From contig CAVPKM010000010.1 of NCBI GenBank assembly GCA_963705725.1, forward strand, positions 1 to 64,000: 64,000 bases of DNA. The letters run 5' to 3'. The DNA is from an uncultured Gammaproteobacteria bacterium (GTDB lineage: Bacteria; Pseudomonadota; Gammaproteobacteria; UBA6002). Each line of letters opens with the position of its first letter. Position 1 is the stretch's first letter. This document shows positions 20,611 to 30,500 of the stretch, in pieces. The position numbers and the translations under genes were made by a program. The notes under the pieces are model-generated. The model ran no database searches. It saw only the letters and a program-made list of their open reading frames with translations, and was not told the origin of the DNA.

Positions 20611-21327
20611 TTATTGAATTTTTGACCAAGAAAGGGCTGTCACGTAAATGCCAAAGGGATTGGTCGTTAAAAACTTGGCATTTGGCGCTGACTGCAGGAG
20701 GGTCAGCGTACCCAGATAGCGAGAGGTCTGACAGATGGCCCCGCCGTTTCGACTTTTTTCCACCTCATCCCAGGTCACCTGCCACGTATTGGCCCCAATT
20801 TTTAAACTATTCAAAATCACGACGCTAACCGTGGCGGTTTCTGCTTTTTCAAAAGGGTTATGATGGGTGTAGTAATCCCGTAAAAAATTTAACGTGTCGT
20901 TGGCTGAGAATGCATAAGTTTTATCCAGGAGAGACTTTTCTGCCTGTGCATCCCCCAAAATGGTTCTAGCGCTCGTAATAAATTCGTTAATCGAATATTG
21001 AATTAACTTGTCAGCACTCGGTAATTGCTCTAAGGGCTTTGCGATACCAATTGGCATCCCGCGAGAGAGTTCCACCACAAAAGGTTTAATGGTTGAGGCC
21101 GTACTTAATTTAATGGTAAGAAGAAGTAAAATAAAATTAATGACAAACAGCGCAAGACAGGCAAGCTGCCAATGCTTTCGTGCTTGACTTAAATTTAAAT
21201 AGCGATCATTCCAGATGCGTTTACCGTTTGAACGATCTAAATAAGGGTTGAGGTTGGCTGGATTTGGCTGATCGCTCTGTGGCATTTTATTATTTTTCTT
21301 CTTGTTTTTATTCAACACAAATTTCAT
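20611..21327 (-). CDS. trbF: TrbF/VirB8
   Basis: NPYL..WNDRY, PFVVE, TWQVTWDE, NPFGIYV. Confidence 0.92.
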   Translation of the reverse strand: MKFVLNKNKKKNNKMPQSDQPNPANLNPYLDRSNGKRIWNDRYLNLSQARKHWQLACLALFVINFILLLLTIKLSTASTIKPFVVELSRGMPIGIAKPLEQLPSADKLIQYSINEFITSARTILGDAQAEKSLLDKTYAFSANDTLNFLRDYYTHHNPFEKAETATVSVVILNSLKIGANTWQVTWDEVEKSRNGGAICQTSRYLGTLTLLQSAPNAKFLTTNPFGIYVTALSWSKIQ

Positions 21328-22580
21328 GCGGGTAACTCCTCTCGTGACTCACTTTCGCTTTTTTCTTCTTGATCAGTTGAGGCATAGACTTCCCCGGCTG
21401 CTGGATGGAGGTTGGCATGTTTAGCTTGCAGGCGCGCGCTTTCTGCTTGATCAAATAAGCGCTCCGCTACCCCAGTAATATGCTGGTGCGAAGCCGCGAC
21501 GCCCTGCCCACCTATTCCTTTTTGAAAACTCTGTTTGACGTGGTCTTGAAAAGAGGTGGAAGACGCTTTTGCCAAATCTACTGCGCCTTGCATTCCTCCT
21601 TTTGCGACACTGCCTATCGCGCCCTCCCCGCTTTTTCGATGACGCGTCATCTGCATCGCACTGTTATAGAAGGCGCTACCCATCATCTTGGCTACTTGGG
21701 GCAGGCCCGTTAAGCTCCCGGCTTGTTTGGCAAAACGGGTTGCTTGCCTCATCTGCCCGCTTCCTCGCAGCAGAGAAGTAGTGAGGCTACCTGCGTCTGC
21801 CCCGTAATGATCCTGCACCGCAATCGAGGCAATTCTGGCTAACTGGTTCGGTAAATTTTTGGCCAGGAGCCAAAATAACAAACAGGAAGCCACCACCCAG
21901 ACATATTGATCAAACGAAATCATTTCTACCGGAATGGTGCTTGCCATAAACTCAATGGTGCGACTGCCTGCCCCAACAACGAGGTAGATGCCAAGCAAAC
22001 GAAAACAGTTTCCCAAGATGACATCTAATGTGAGTCTTGCGATATTGCTGGTAGTGCTTAATGCACTGAAACTTAATAATAAGGAGGAGAGAGAAATTAA
22101 GGCTGTGGTAGTAATCAAGGTTAACGCCAGCTCTAAGGCGATCGTTAAAAATGTAAATAGAATGATCAAATAGGCAATCAAGATAATCACCGCACTCCAG
22201 CCAAAGGTGAGCAGACTCGATTTGGCTAAGGGCATCAGGGTTTTATTCCCCAAGCTGATTCCCATACTAATGAGAGAGGAAGGGTCAAGCGGAATCCCGG
22301 TTAACTGCTGGCCCATCACATGGACCGATTCAAGCAAGGAAAAAAGCCAATCGGGATGTAGCATCAAGGTATAGAAAATTAATATACCCATAAAACGTTT
22401 AATAAATGCGCCAACGCTCTGGGTGAACCCCGCTTGATCAAAGGCGTACCACAGGCACATCCAGCTGACGTTCATGACCATGAGGCTCCAAAAAATCGTT
22501 TGTCCCCAACCCAGAAAAAGTTGGGAGAATTGACTGAAGCTCACTAAATAATTATGCGTGGCGCTGGTAAAGGTATCCAT
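21324..22580 (-). CDS. trbL: TrbL/VirB6 (likely start MDTFTS at 22580)
   Basis: multi-TM region, LDPSSLISMG, Gly/Ala-rich tail, position after trbJ. Confidence 0.82.
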   Translation of the reverse strand: MDTFTSATHNYLVSFSQFSQLFLGWGQTIFWSLMVMNVSWMCLWYAFDQAGFTQSVGAFIKRFMGILIFYTLMLHPDWLFSLLESVHVMGQQLTGIPLDPSSLISMGISLGNKTLMPLAKSSLLTFGWSAVIILIAYLIILFTFLTIALELALTLITTTALISLSSLLLSFSALSTTSNIARLTLDVILGNCFRLLGIYLVVGAGSRTIEFMASTIPVEMISFDQYVWVVASCLLFWLLAKNLPNQLARIASIAVQDHYGADAGSLTTSLLRGSGQMRQATRFAKQAGSLTGLPQVAKMMGSAFYNSAMQMTRHRKSGEGAIGSVAKGGMQGAVDLAKASSTSFQDHVKQSFQKGIGGQGVAASHQHITGVAERLFDQAESARLQAKHANLHPAAGEVYASTDQEEKSESESREELPA

Positions 22581-22584
22581 TCCT

Positions 22585-23310
22585 TCACCTTGGCCGATAG
22601 GGAAGAAGATCAATCGCGTGCCCGGAGAAGCCAATTGGCGGGGCCTGAATTTGACCGGCTAACAGCATTTTTTTAAATTCAGCGCGCTGACTGGCCGCTT
22701 CTTGCACATGGCTTGCAAAATACACATTTTGTGCGGTGGTTTGGGCCATCAATGTTTGGCGAAGCAGTTGGAGCTGACTCACTTCTTCTGAGGCGATTTG
22801 ACTCAACGCTTGAATAGCCTGGGTTTGACCGACCGCTCGCCTTTCTTCTGTTTGCAACAGGTGGAGCTGTGCTTGTTCTTGATCAAAATGTTGGGCACTT
22901 TGATTGAGGCTAAGGAGCACCCCATTTAAGGTGCCAAGCGTTTGGTCGGTGCGTTTTCGATAGGCGCTATCATAATTATTGACTGGCACCTCACCCGGAT
23001 AGCTTGCGTTGAACTGCGAAGTCAAATTTTTCGTCGAATAAGACAACCCTTTAGCCGCTTCAATACTGGCCCCCATCCGGTTAAGCAGCCCCTTCGTACT
23101 GCTCCAATGAAACTGCGAAGGATTCAGCCCCTTAACGCTGGCTAGCTGTTCTTTAAGCGTTGCGAGTTGCTTCTCTAAGAGCAGCGCCTCACTCCCTAAA
23201 CGCGCACAAACTGTGGGATCAAATACCACTGCCGCTACCCCATAAGCAGGTAGCACCAGGAATTGACTGGCTAAAAGCACAAAAAGTAAGCATAAATTTT
23301 TTCTTCTCAT
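22585..23310 (-). CDS. trbJ: TrbJ/VirB5
   Basis: signal peptide, VVFDPT, AVGQTQAIQA..QLQLLRQ. Confidence 0.85.
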   Translation of the reverse strand: MRRKNLCLLFVLLASQFLVLPAYGVAAVVFDPTVCARLGSEALLLEKQLATLKEQLASVKGLNPSQFHWSSTKGLLNRMGASIEAAKGLSYSTKNLTSQFNASYPGEVPVNNYDSAYRKRTDQTLGTLNGVLLSLNQSAQHFDQEQAQLHLLQTEERRAVGQTQAIQALSQIASEEVSQLQLLRQTLMAQTTAQNVYFASHVQEAASQRAEFKKMLLAGQIQAPPIGFSGHAIDLLPYRPR

Positions 23311-23327
23311 CGTTTTTCCCTCTTTTA

Positions 23328-25799
23328 TTATCGAGTTTTCAGTGATTCATTCAGCAAATCACTTGGGTGATCAAGGTGATTGGCAGCTAACCAAACCCCA
23401 AGCCATTTTTCCCCCTGCTCCCTTTGGCAATCCAATAATTGCTGACTTTTTTCTTTCGACAGACCAATAAAACACTTGGCAAGGGGACTGTGCGCTAGCC
23501 CTAAATGAATGAGACGATTGCCTTGTGGTGTCGTGACATAGTAATGATGTTTCGGGGTAGCGACGCGCCCGATGAGATCTAATTGGCGCACATTTAATCC
23601 CATTTTTTGATAAAGAGACCGAGCTTCACTCTCCATTTTTAAATTTGGGAGAAATACTTTGGTGGGACAGGACTCAAAGAGCGTTGCCGTTACCTGCGTT
23701 AAGGTTTTGGTAGCTGGATCATATAAATCAGAGAGCGATTGGGTGGCAAAAATCACGCGGGCATTTTTCTTTCGAAGCGTCTTTAACCAATCTCGGATCT
23801 TGTTAACAAAAATCGGATGAGTAAGATACAGCCAAGCTTCTTCCAGAATGATTAAGGCGGGGCACTTAGCTATACTCTCTTCTAAACGGGTTTCAATTTG
23901 ATCAAACAGATAGAGCAAAACCGGCAAATAGACTTCCGGCTTTTGGGATAATAACCAGCCCATTTCAAAGGTTTGTAAATACCCAGTTTGCAACGTATCA
24001 CTTTCGGCATCTAGTAGGCAGACTTGGCCCTGCTCTGTGTAATAATTGAGCGCCTGGCGAACGGCTTCACATTGAACAAGATTCACCAACACACTTAAAC
24101 TTCGTGATTGCGGATCCACACTTAAGGCCGCGAGCGCTTGGTGGATCGCGCTTTTGATCAATGGGGTCAAGGTCACATTTTGCAATAACACTAAATTTTC
24201 AATAAATTGCTGCGCGCGCATTTTTTGCGAAAAAGTATCGAGTTTTTGCAAGGGGCAAAATGACAGCGGATCCTGACCTATCGCATCATGCCTACCCCCT
24301 AACGCCTTGGTTAATGCTTGATGAGAAAAATCTTTATCAAAGATAAAAATTTGTGCTTTTTGATAGCGTAAAAACTGACAAACCAGTAACCCTAAAAAAG
24401 TCGATTTACCGCTGCCAGTTGGCCCAAGTAACACTTGATGACCCACATCCTGGCTATCTAAATGATACCGGAAAGGAGTTTGCCCTAAGGTCACGCCATA
24501 AAAAACAGGCGGGGAGCTAGGCGGCAAGAGGGAGCTTTTTGGCGTTGCTTTTTCTCCGCACCAAATATGGCTAAGCGGCAAGGCATGGGCAAAGTTATAA
24601 CCTGTCACCAGGAGCCTTCTCGCATTACAACTGCCATGCCCAGGAATCGCCCCTCGCCAGGCCTCTAACGCATTCACTGTCTCAAGTAAGGTGCGACATC
24701 CCGCCTGCTCCAAGTAATTCCCAATCGTTTTACTTGCCGCGTCTAACACATCCTGCTCTTCATGCATTAAGACCAAGGTGCTCGTCCAATAGCCAAACCG
24801 GGTCTGCTCACTTTCACACAACGCGCCAGCTTGGCTCGCTTCATTCCATTTATTCAAGGCATATTGATTGCCCCTAACTTGACCCCCAGAAACCATTTCC
24901 TTAATTAACCCCATCAACCCTTTGGCTGAATTATGCCAATTGCGCTCAATCCGCTTAATTTCTGCCTTTGCCGTGTTAAAGCTAAGCGGAATAAAGCGGT
25001 GAGAGGCGCGATAAACCAGTGGATAGCTGCCAAGCTCTCGCAGCAAACAGGGAAAGGTGGCTTCATGAGCAAACCCAAGCACGGTCAAGACATAAATAGT
25101 TTTCTCCCCAATTCTTGGCACAAAGCCACCGATCAGCGGCTTTTTGGCAAGTGCCACATCAAGGTAAAGGCCACTTGGCGACAAAGGCGCAGGACTCACG
25201 GTCCCTTCAATACAAAAAGTCAGATAAGCAAGGAGTGCGTCAAGGGTTAACTTCGTCAGCGTGAATTGGCTTTGTAAAATCAAGACAGCGCGTTCTACCG
25301 TTTCCAGAAAGTCGCGCAGTAAATGATTAAGATCTGTCTCAAATGCTTTCTCCACCCCTTTTAAAAACAGATAACGAGTTTTCGTCGCGATATCGAGCGG
25401 AAACTTCCACACAAAGGTGAGCACATACCGATTTTCAAAATGCTGCCCTTCTTTAACATAAAGCGCCCTTCGCTCTTCATCAATGAGGGTTGAGACCGGG
25501 TCCGGAAAATGCCCTTTTTCGGGATACGCCCTAGCTGGCAGGCGAATTTCATCTACATGCAGCATCCAGCCATCTTCTAAAACCAGCAGCATCCGATTAA
25601 ATAGCGCCATTAAGGCATCGCGCTCAATCGGGGTAGCGGAATCAAGATCTGGGGCTTGGTAATCATAACTCACCAAGAATCCCCCATCTTTCAATAAAAT
25701 GACCCCTTCCTCTTCCAGGCCATGCGCAAAGTTCAGTAAATCTGACAGCGCTACCTCGTTAAGATGCCGATTTTTTTTCTTGAACCACCCAGCTATCAC
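23328..25799 (-). CDS. trbE: TrbE/VirB4 ATPase
   Basis: DVGHQVLLGPTGSGKST, FDKD, LEEAW, WLKTLRKKN, FATQS. Confidence 0.96.
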   Translation of the reverse strand: MIAGWFKKKNRHLNEVALSDLLNFAHGLEEEGVILLKDGGFLVSYDYQAPDLDSATPIERDALMALFNRMLLVLEDGWMLHVDEIRLPARAYPEKGHFPDPVSTLIDEERRALYVKEGQHFENRYVLTFVWKFPLDIATKTRYLFLKGVEKAFETDLNHLLRDFLETVERAVLILQSQFTLTKLTLDALLAYLTFCIEGTVSPAPLSPSGLYLDVALAKKPLIGGFVPRIGEKTIYVLTVLGFAHEATFPCLLRELGSYPLVYRASHRFIPLSFNTAKAEIKRIERNWHNSAKGLMGLIKEMVSGGQVRGNQYALNKWNEASQAGALCESEQTRFGYWTSTLVLMHEEQDVLDAASKTIGNYLEQAGCRTLLETVNALEAWRGAIPGHGSCNARRLLVTGYNFAHALPLSHIWCGEKATPKSSLLPPSSPPVFYGVTLGQTPFRYHLDSQDVGHQVLLGPTGSGKSTFLGLLVCQFLRYQKAQIFIFDKDFSHQALTKALGGRHDAIGQDPLSFCPLQKLDTFSQKMRAQQFIENLVLLQNVTLTPLIKSAIHQALAALSVDPQSRSLSVLVNLVQCEAVRQALNYYTEQGQVCLLDAESDTLQTGYLQTFEMGWLLSQKPEVYLPVLLYLFDQIETRLEESIAKCPALIILEEAWLYLTHPIFVNKIRDWLKTLRKKNARVIFATQSLSDLYDPATKTLTQVTATLFESCPTKVFLPNLKMESEARSLYQKMGLNVRQLDLIGRVATPKHHYYVTTPQGNRLIHLGLAHSPLAKCFIGLSKEKSQQLLDCQREQGEKWLGVWLAANHLDHPSDLLNESLKTR

Positions 25800-26116
25800 A
25801 CCTTTCTCCTTAACGCGCGTGGCAAAGCAGGAGAAGGCACAGCGGTCGCACTCACTAAAAAAGGAATCGGCTCATAGCGCTGCTGATAACGAAGATGGCG
25901 CTGATACACCGATAAAAAATTAGCATCTTGTTTCGTTAAGCGCTGACCGATACTTAAGCCAATTGACAAAATCACACTCCCGAAGACCAGCATGCTGGGG
26001 GTAAATAAACTCGTTAATACCAGCGAGGAAGCTAGGGCAAGCATTAAAAAAAAGAGGCGTTTTTCACCCCAAAGAACAACGTTTCGCGGTTTAAGGCTTG
26101 AAAATAATGACAACAA
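25796..26116 (-). CDS. trbD: TrbD/VirB3
   Basis: two TM segments, DANF..VY.RHLRYQ, position between trbC and trbE. Confidence 0.8.
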   Translation of the reverse strand: MLSLFSSLKPRNVVLWGEKRLFFLMLALASSLVLTSLFTPSMLVFGSVILSIGLSIGQRLTKQDANFLSVYQRHLRYQQRYEPIPFLVSATAVPSPALPRALRRKV

Positions 26117-26136
26117 GTGGCTTCCATCCTGCCCCC

Positions 26137-26451
26137 TTAGATCACGCTGCCAACGCCAAAGAGGCTACTCACCCCTGCTGGCCCGGCCAAAGCAAGCGAT
26201 GCCCAGCAAAGAATATTTAAAATGCGCTTCACGCCATCCCCCCATTCTCCAAAGGCCATCATCAGCATCGTCGCCACCCATAAAATCACTAAGATGACAA
26301 AGACGCCGGATAAAAAGTTGGTTTTGAAGACGTCCAAAGTGCGATTAAACGGTAAGTAGCCGGTGGTGGAAGCAAAAGCCTCAACTTGACAAAAAAGGAG
26401 CAGCAGTAATGTGCCGCTTTTAAAAGCGCGAACAAATTTGTTACCATGCAT
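26137..26451 (-). CDS. trbC: TrbC/VirB2 propilin
   Basis: AFA leader, LPF..L, two hydrophobic helices around FGE. Confidence 0.8.
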   Translation of the reverse strand: MHGNKFVRAFKSGTLLLLLFCQVEAFASTTGYLPFNRTLDVFKTNFLSGVFVILVILWVATMLMMAFGEWGDGVKRILNILCWASLALAGPAGVSSLFGVGSVI

Positions 26452-26535
26452 TTGTAGGGTTCCTTAAATAACGTGGGGCACTACCTGCCTAAGAAGGGTC
26501 TCAACTCCCCTTCTTAGGATTCTGATTTCATGCTG

Positions 26536-27516
26536 CTAATCCTGCTCAATCAACTCGCCCTCCTCATTGACTTTTTCAACAATAAATTGTCCTCTCTCAT
26601 AACCCTTCACTAAGGCAAGATCGCTAATGACCCCGCCCTGGTTTCCGATACGCTCTACATACAAAATGGCGTCAATGGTTTGCAGCATGAGAGAAATTGG
26701 GGCGGACTGTCCGCCTTGGTGGCAAAGGTCCATTATTCTCTGCAATGTTGCCTCCACCCCATTGGCATGAAGCGTGCCAATTCCTCCTGAACATCCCACA
26801 TTCCAGGCTTGAAGCATGTCATAGGCTTCCACCCCTCTCAATTCGCCCACCAAAATTCGATCTGGACTCGCCCGAAGGCTGCTTAATAACAACCGGCTCA
26901 TCGGCACGCGAGGTTGACTCAAGCAGCGCAGCACATTTCGCCCCGCGCATTGAAGTTCAGGAACATCTTCTAAAATAATCAATCGCTCATTGGGATCCAG
27001 GCGGGTCACTTCATGAATCAAGGCATTGGTGACCGTCGTTTTCCCAGAGTTAGGGCGACCGGCCACCACGATATTTTTTCGCGCCTTTATCCAAGCTTTG
27101 ATACGCGCTGCTCTCCCTTGTGTGATTCTTCCGGTATCCACATAGTCATCCAAAGAAAAAACTTTCCTGGCTTTTTTTCGAATGTTAAAGGCAGGCCCCA
27201 GTACCACAGGTGGCATCTGCGCGTTGAAGCGCTCACCAAATAACCCCCTCTCCTCAGGAAAATCGGCTTCTAAAAAAGGATGATCGCTTGAGATCACCCG
27301 GTTCATTAATCCTGCCACATTATAAATAATCGCGGTTGCTCGCTTCGTTTCAAGCACACCCACGACTTTTCTCCCCTCGCTCAAACTGTCTATCCACACC
27401 TCTTGATTAGGATTACGCATCACTTCAATCACCGCCTTATCTGCCAAGTAAGGCATTAACGGCGCTAGATCTCGCACTAATTTTTCAATGGCGCGGGACT
27501 GTTCAGATCGCTCCAT
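26536..27516 (-). CDS. trbB: TrbB/VirB11 ATPase
   Basis: GRPNSGKTT, ILEDVPEL, LRASPDRILVGELRG, GTLHAN. Confidence 0.95.
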   Translation of the reverse strand: MERSEQSRAIEKLVRDLAPLMPYLADKAVIEVMRNPNQEVWIDSLSEGRKVVGVLETKRATAIIYNVAGLMNRVISSDHPFLEADFPEERGLFGERFNAQMPPVVLGPAFNIRKKARKVFSLDDYVDTGRITQGRAARIKAWIKARKNIVVAGRPNSGKTTVTNALIHEVTRLDPNERLIILEDVPELQCAGRNVLRCLSQPRVPMSRLLLSSLRASPDRILVGELRGVEAYDMLQAWNVGCSGGIGTLHANGVEATLQRIMDLCHQGGQSAPISLMLQTIDAILYVERIGNQGGVISDLALVKGYERGQFIVEKVNEEGELIEQD

Positions 27517-27518
27517 GT

Positions 27519-30500
27519 CTACCTCGACAACAAAGGCAGACTGTGTTTCAGATCAGCTTCTGCCGCTAAATAAGCCGCCTCTTTCGGTTTACCAAAAAAA
27601 TTGGCCCAGATGGAATTGGCCCCATCTATTAAGGTCTTAGAATGATGGGTGAGGTCTCGCGCTAACCGCGCTTGGCGTTTTTCCAATCGTTTGGCAGAAG
27701 GGCTCACAGCGGAGGTGGTCCTGCCACAAGCATCAAAATCGGCATAAATACGCAGCAAAGGATTCAAAAGGGAGGCTATTTGCTCTGCTTTGTCTTCATA
27801 AATGGCAGCTAAATGAGGATCCACCCCTAACGCCCTATTTTTTACCCAATCACTTGGCAGCGTGTGGGTATTTTCAAGGCGAAGGCGCGACATCCCTGCT
27901 TTAAGTGAGGTCAGATCCACCGCTTTTAATTCTGGCACTTCTCGTAATAAGGCTGCCCAGATATAGGTTTCAAACAGCCCCACCCGGCGATAGTCTTCAA
28001 GCAGCGCTGGGTGACCCTCAAATTTGAGCGGGGCGCCCTGACTCAACGCTTTTAATCTGTTGACTTTTTCTTGGGGAAAGTGCACCAATAAGGCATCTCG
28101 TATCATCGAGACTTCTGCTAAATCTTGTGACTCAATCAATTCGCTTAAATAAGCATCAAGCGATTGAATGGCCCCCGCAACGCACGCCTCTGCCTGGGTA
28201 CTAACTAGCGCGCTAATCGGTTCTTCTGCTAAAAAGGTCCACTTTTCCAGCCAATGAATGGCGGGGAGAAAATGTTGACTTTTGACTAACGCCATCAAAT
28301 CTTTCACTTCCTGCTGAATCGATTCTTCTAATTTTGATCGCTCAACTTGGGCGCTGGCCATAGCTTTTAAGCGTGCCCCCTCGCCTATTGCATCCTTTAA
28401 CGACTCAAAAAGATCCAGATAACCTTGTATCCTGTTTGGATGAAAGGGTGCCGCTAAGTAATGCGCAATTAACTGGTACACCTCCTGCAATCGTTCCTTG
28501 CCATATAAGCTTTCAAACGCTTCCACATTCCCAAGTGGAAGCGGCGCATGATAATAAGGATCTGCTGCTAACACTAAACAAGACTGCAGATAAAGAAAGC
28601 GATAGTGCTGCTTGACTGCTGCATCGGCATACTTTTCTACATAGGTATGCAGACTGAAATTCCAGGTTTGCTGTTTTTGAATCCATTGACGGAGCACCTT
28701 TTCTTGACGATCTTGGTTTAATAACACAAGTAACTCAAAATGGGCTTGTGCTCGCTGCAAGCTTTTGAGCCGAACAAAGGGAACACGCGGCAGCTGCTTG
28801 GCGTCAATGAGCGTCATCTTTTGAAGATTTTCTTGCAAATATGCTTGCAGCGCGACTTGAATTGAATCCCGATCTAAAAAACGCGTTAATGTTTCTGTGG
28901 TTTTAACCTCAGCCATGCCGGGTTGGTTTAATTGATCGGTTAACCAGATCTTGAGGTAACGATCTAATAAGCTTGGCATGCCGAGTTTTTCAAAAAGCGG
29001 TAATAAGGTTAACGATGCGGGATGGGTTTCAAATTGAAGCAGCGCCTCCTCAAAGCGTGCAATCAGGCTATCTCGATAGCGAAGAAACCCCCCAACATTT
29101 TTTTCCTGCCAGGTTTCTAAATCCAGAATTTGTGTCAAAGCGATTAACGCCCGCTCCATCGTCGATTTTTCTTCTCTCGTATGAATCCAGATGGAATCCC
29201 CATTCAATAACTGCGGATTTTTTAGGATTTTGCATAAAAAATGAAATTCCCCGGCTATTTTTTTTCGCGCGGCTATCAAGAAATGACTGACACGATCGGG
29301 TTCAAGCCGATAAGCCAAAGAAAAATAAGGCGACTTCTCATCATGGATGGTCGGTAACATAAACCGGGTGAAAATAAGATTGATCATTTTATCACGCATT
29401 GCCGCTAAGATTCCTGGTCCTTCAAAACAGGCAGTGAACGCTGCTTGGTTTTCCGGCACCCACTCTCCTTCAATCAAGAGAAGGATGTGGCTAAGGGCGG
29501 CGTACTCATCATTTGTCAACACGGATTGGATTGCGGTTAACGTTTCTCTAAGTGAAGAGACGGCTTCGCTCGGTAATGACTCAAGGGGTAGTATTTCAAC
29601 TTGATGAAAGAAATACGCAACGCTCGAGGTTTCAATCGGCTTTTTTGTTTCAAGCGCTTGATAGAGCAAGCAGAATGGTTGGTCTTTTTTTCCATTCAAT
29701 AAGAGGCGAAGCCCTCGATAAAAACACCATGCCATTAATCGAGTATCAAGTGAGGCATCCTCTTTTTCTTTCTGTTCTAGTAAAACGGTTAATACTTGGT
29801 GCACTACTTGAGAGTGATACGCTTGACTGGTTGGCATTTCACTGAGACTCACATGATGCTGCAGGCGCTCCAATGCTTCTGCCCATTTTTCATCAGAGAG
29901 TTGATCCAAAATGGCATCGGTTTCTAGTTGAATTTCATTCTTTAATCGCAGGGCGCGGCGTTGAGTTTCAAATAAGGTTTGTAAAGGTGCCATCTCTTCT
30001 TTGAAGGGGGCTCGGAGTAATTGTTCAATGAATGCAAAGTCACCGGTTTCAACAATTGCTTCTTGAGAGAGCGCTCTAAAGAGGAAATCATATAATGCCC
30101 CCATTCTCTCTTCGCCGATGAACGTGGCTAAGTGAATGTCATCAAAATTAAATGCGCTGCGATGCTTAAGACCAAATCCAGAGTCAATGATTCGGGTGCG
30201 AATAAATAAAAAATGGTATTCATTCGCTAACGTTTTATCGTCAAAATTCTCTAGTGCGCTCTGTAAAGCAGCATCCCAATGATTCACTTGAAAATAAGGC
30301 AGCAGCGCATTTTTTACTTTCTCATAACAGGTGGGATAATGATTAATGGAGTAAATCAGCTTCGGGTGATTGAATAGCTCAAAATTGGATTGATCTACGC
30401 TTTCATGGGTGAGGGTTTCTAAATAGTCAGCAAGTAAGGATTCATCGTTTAATGAAAAAACCAGATCAAGAAATTCAGGCAGGATGGGTAGGCTTGCTTT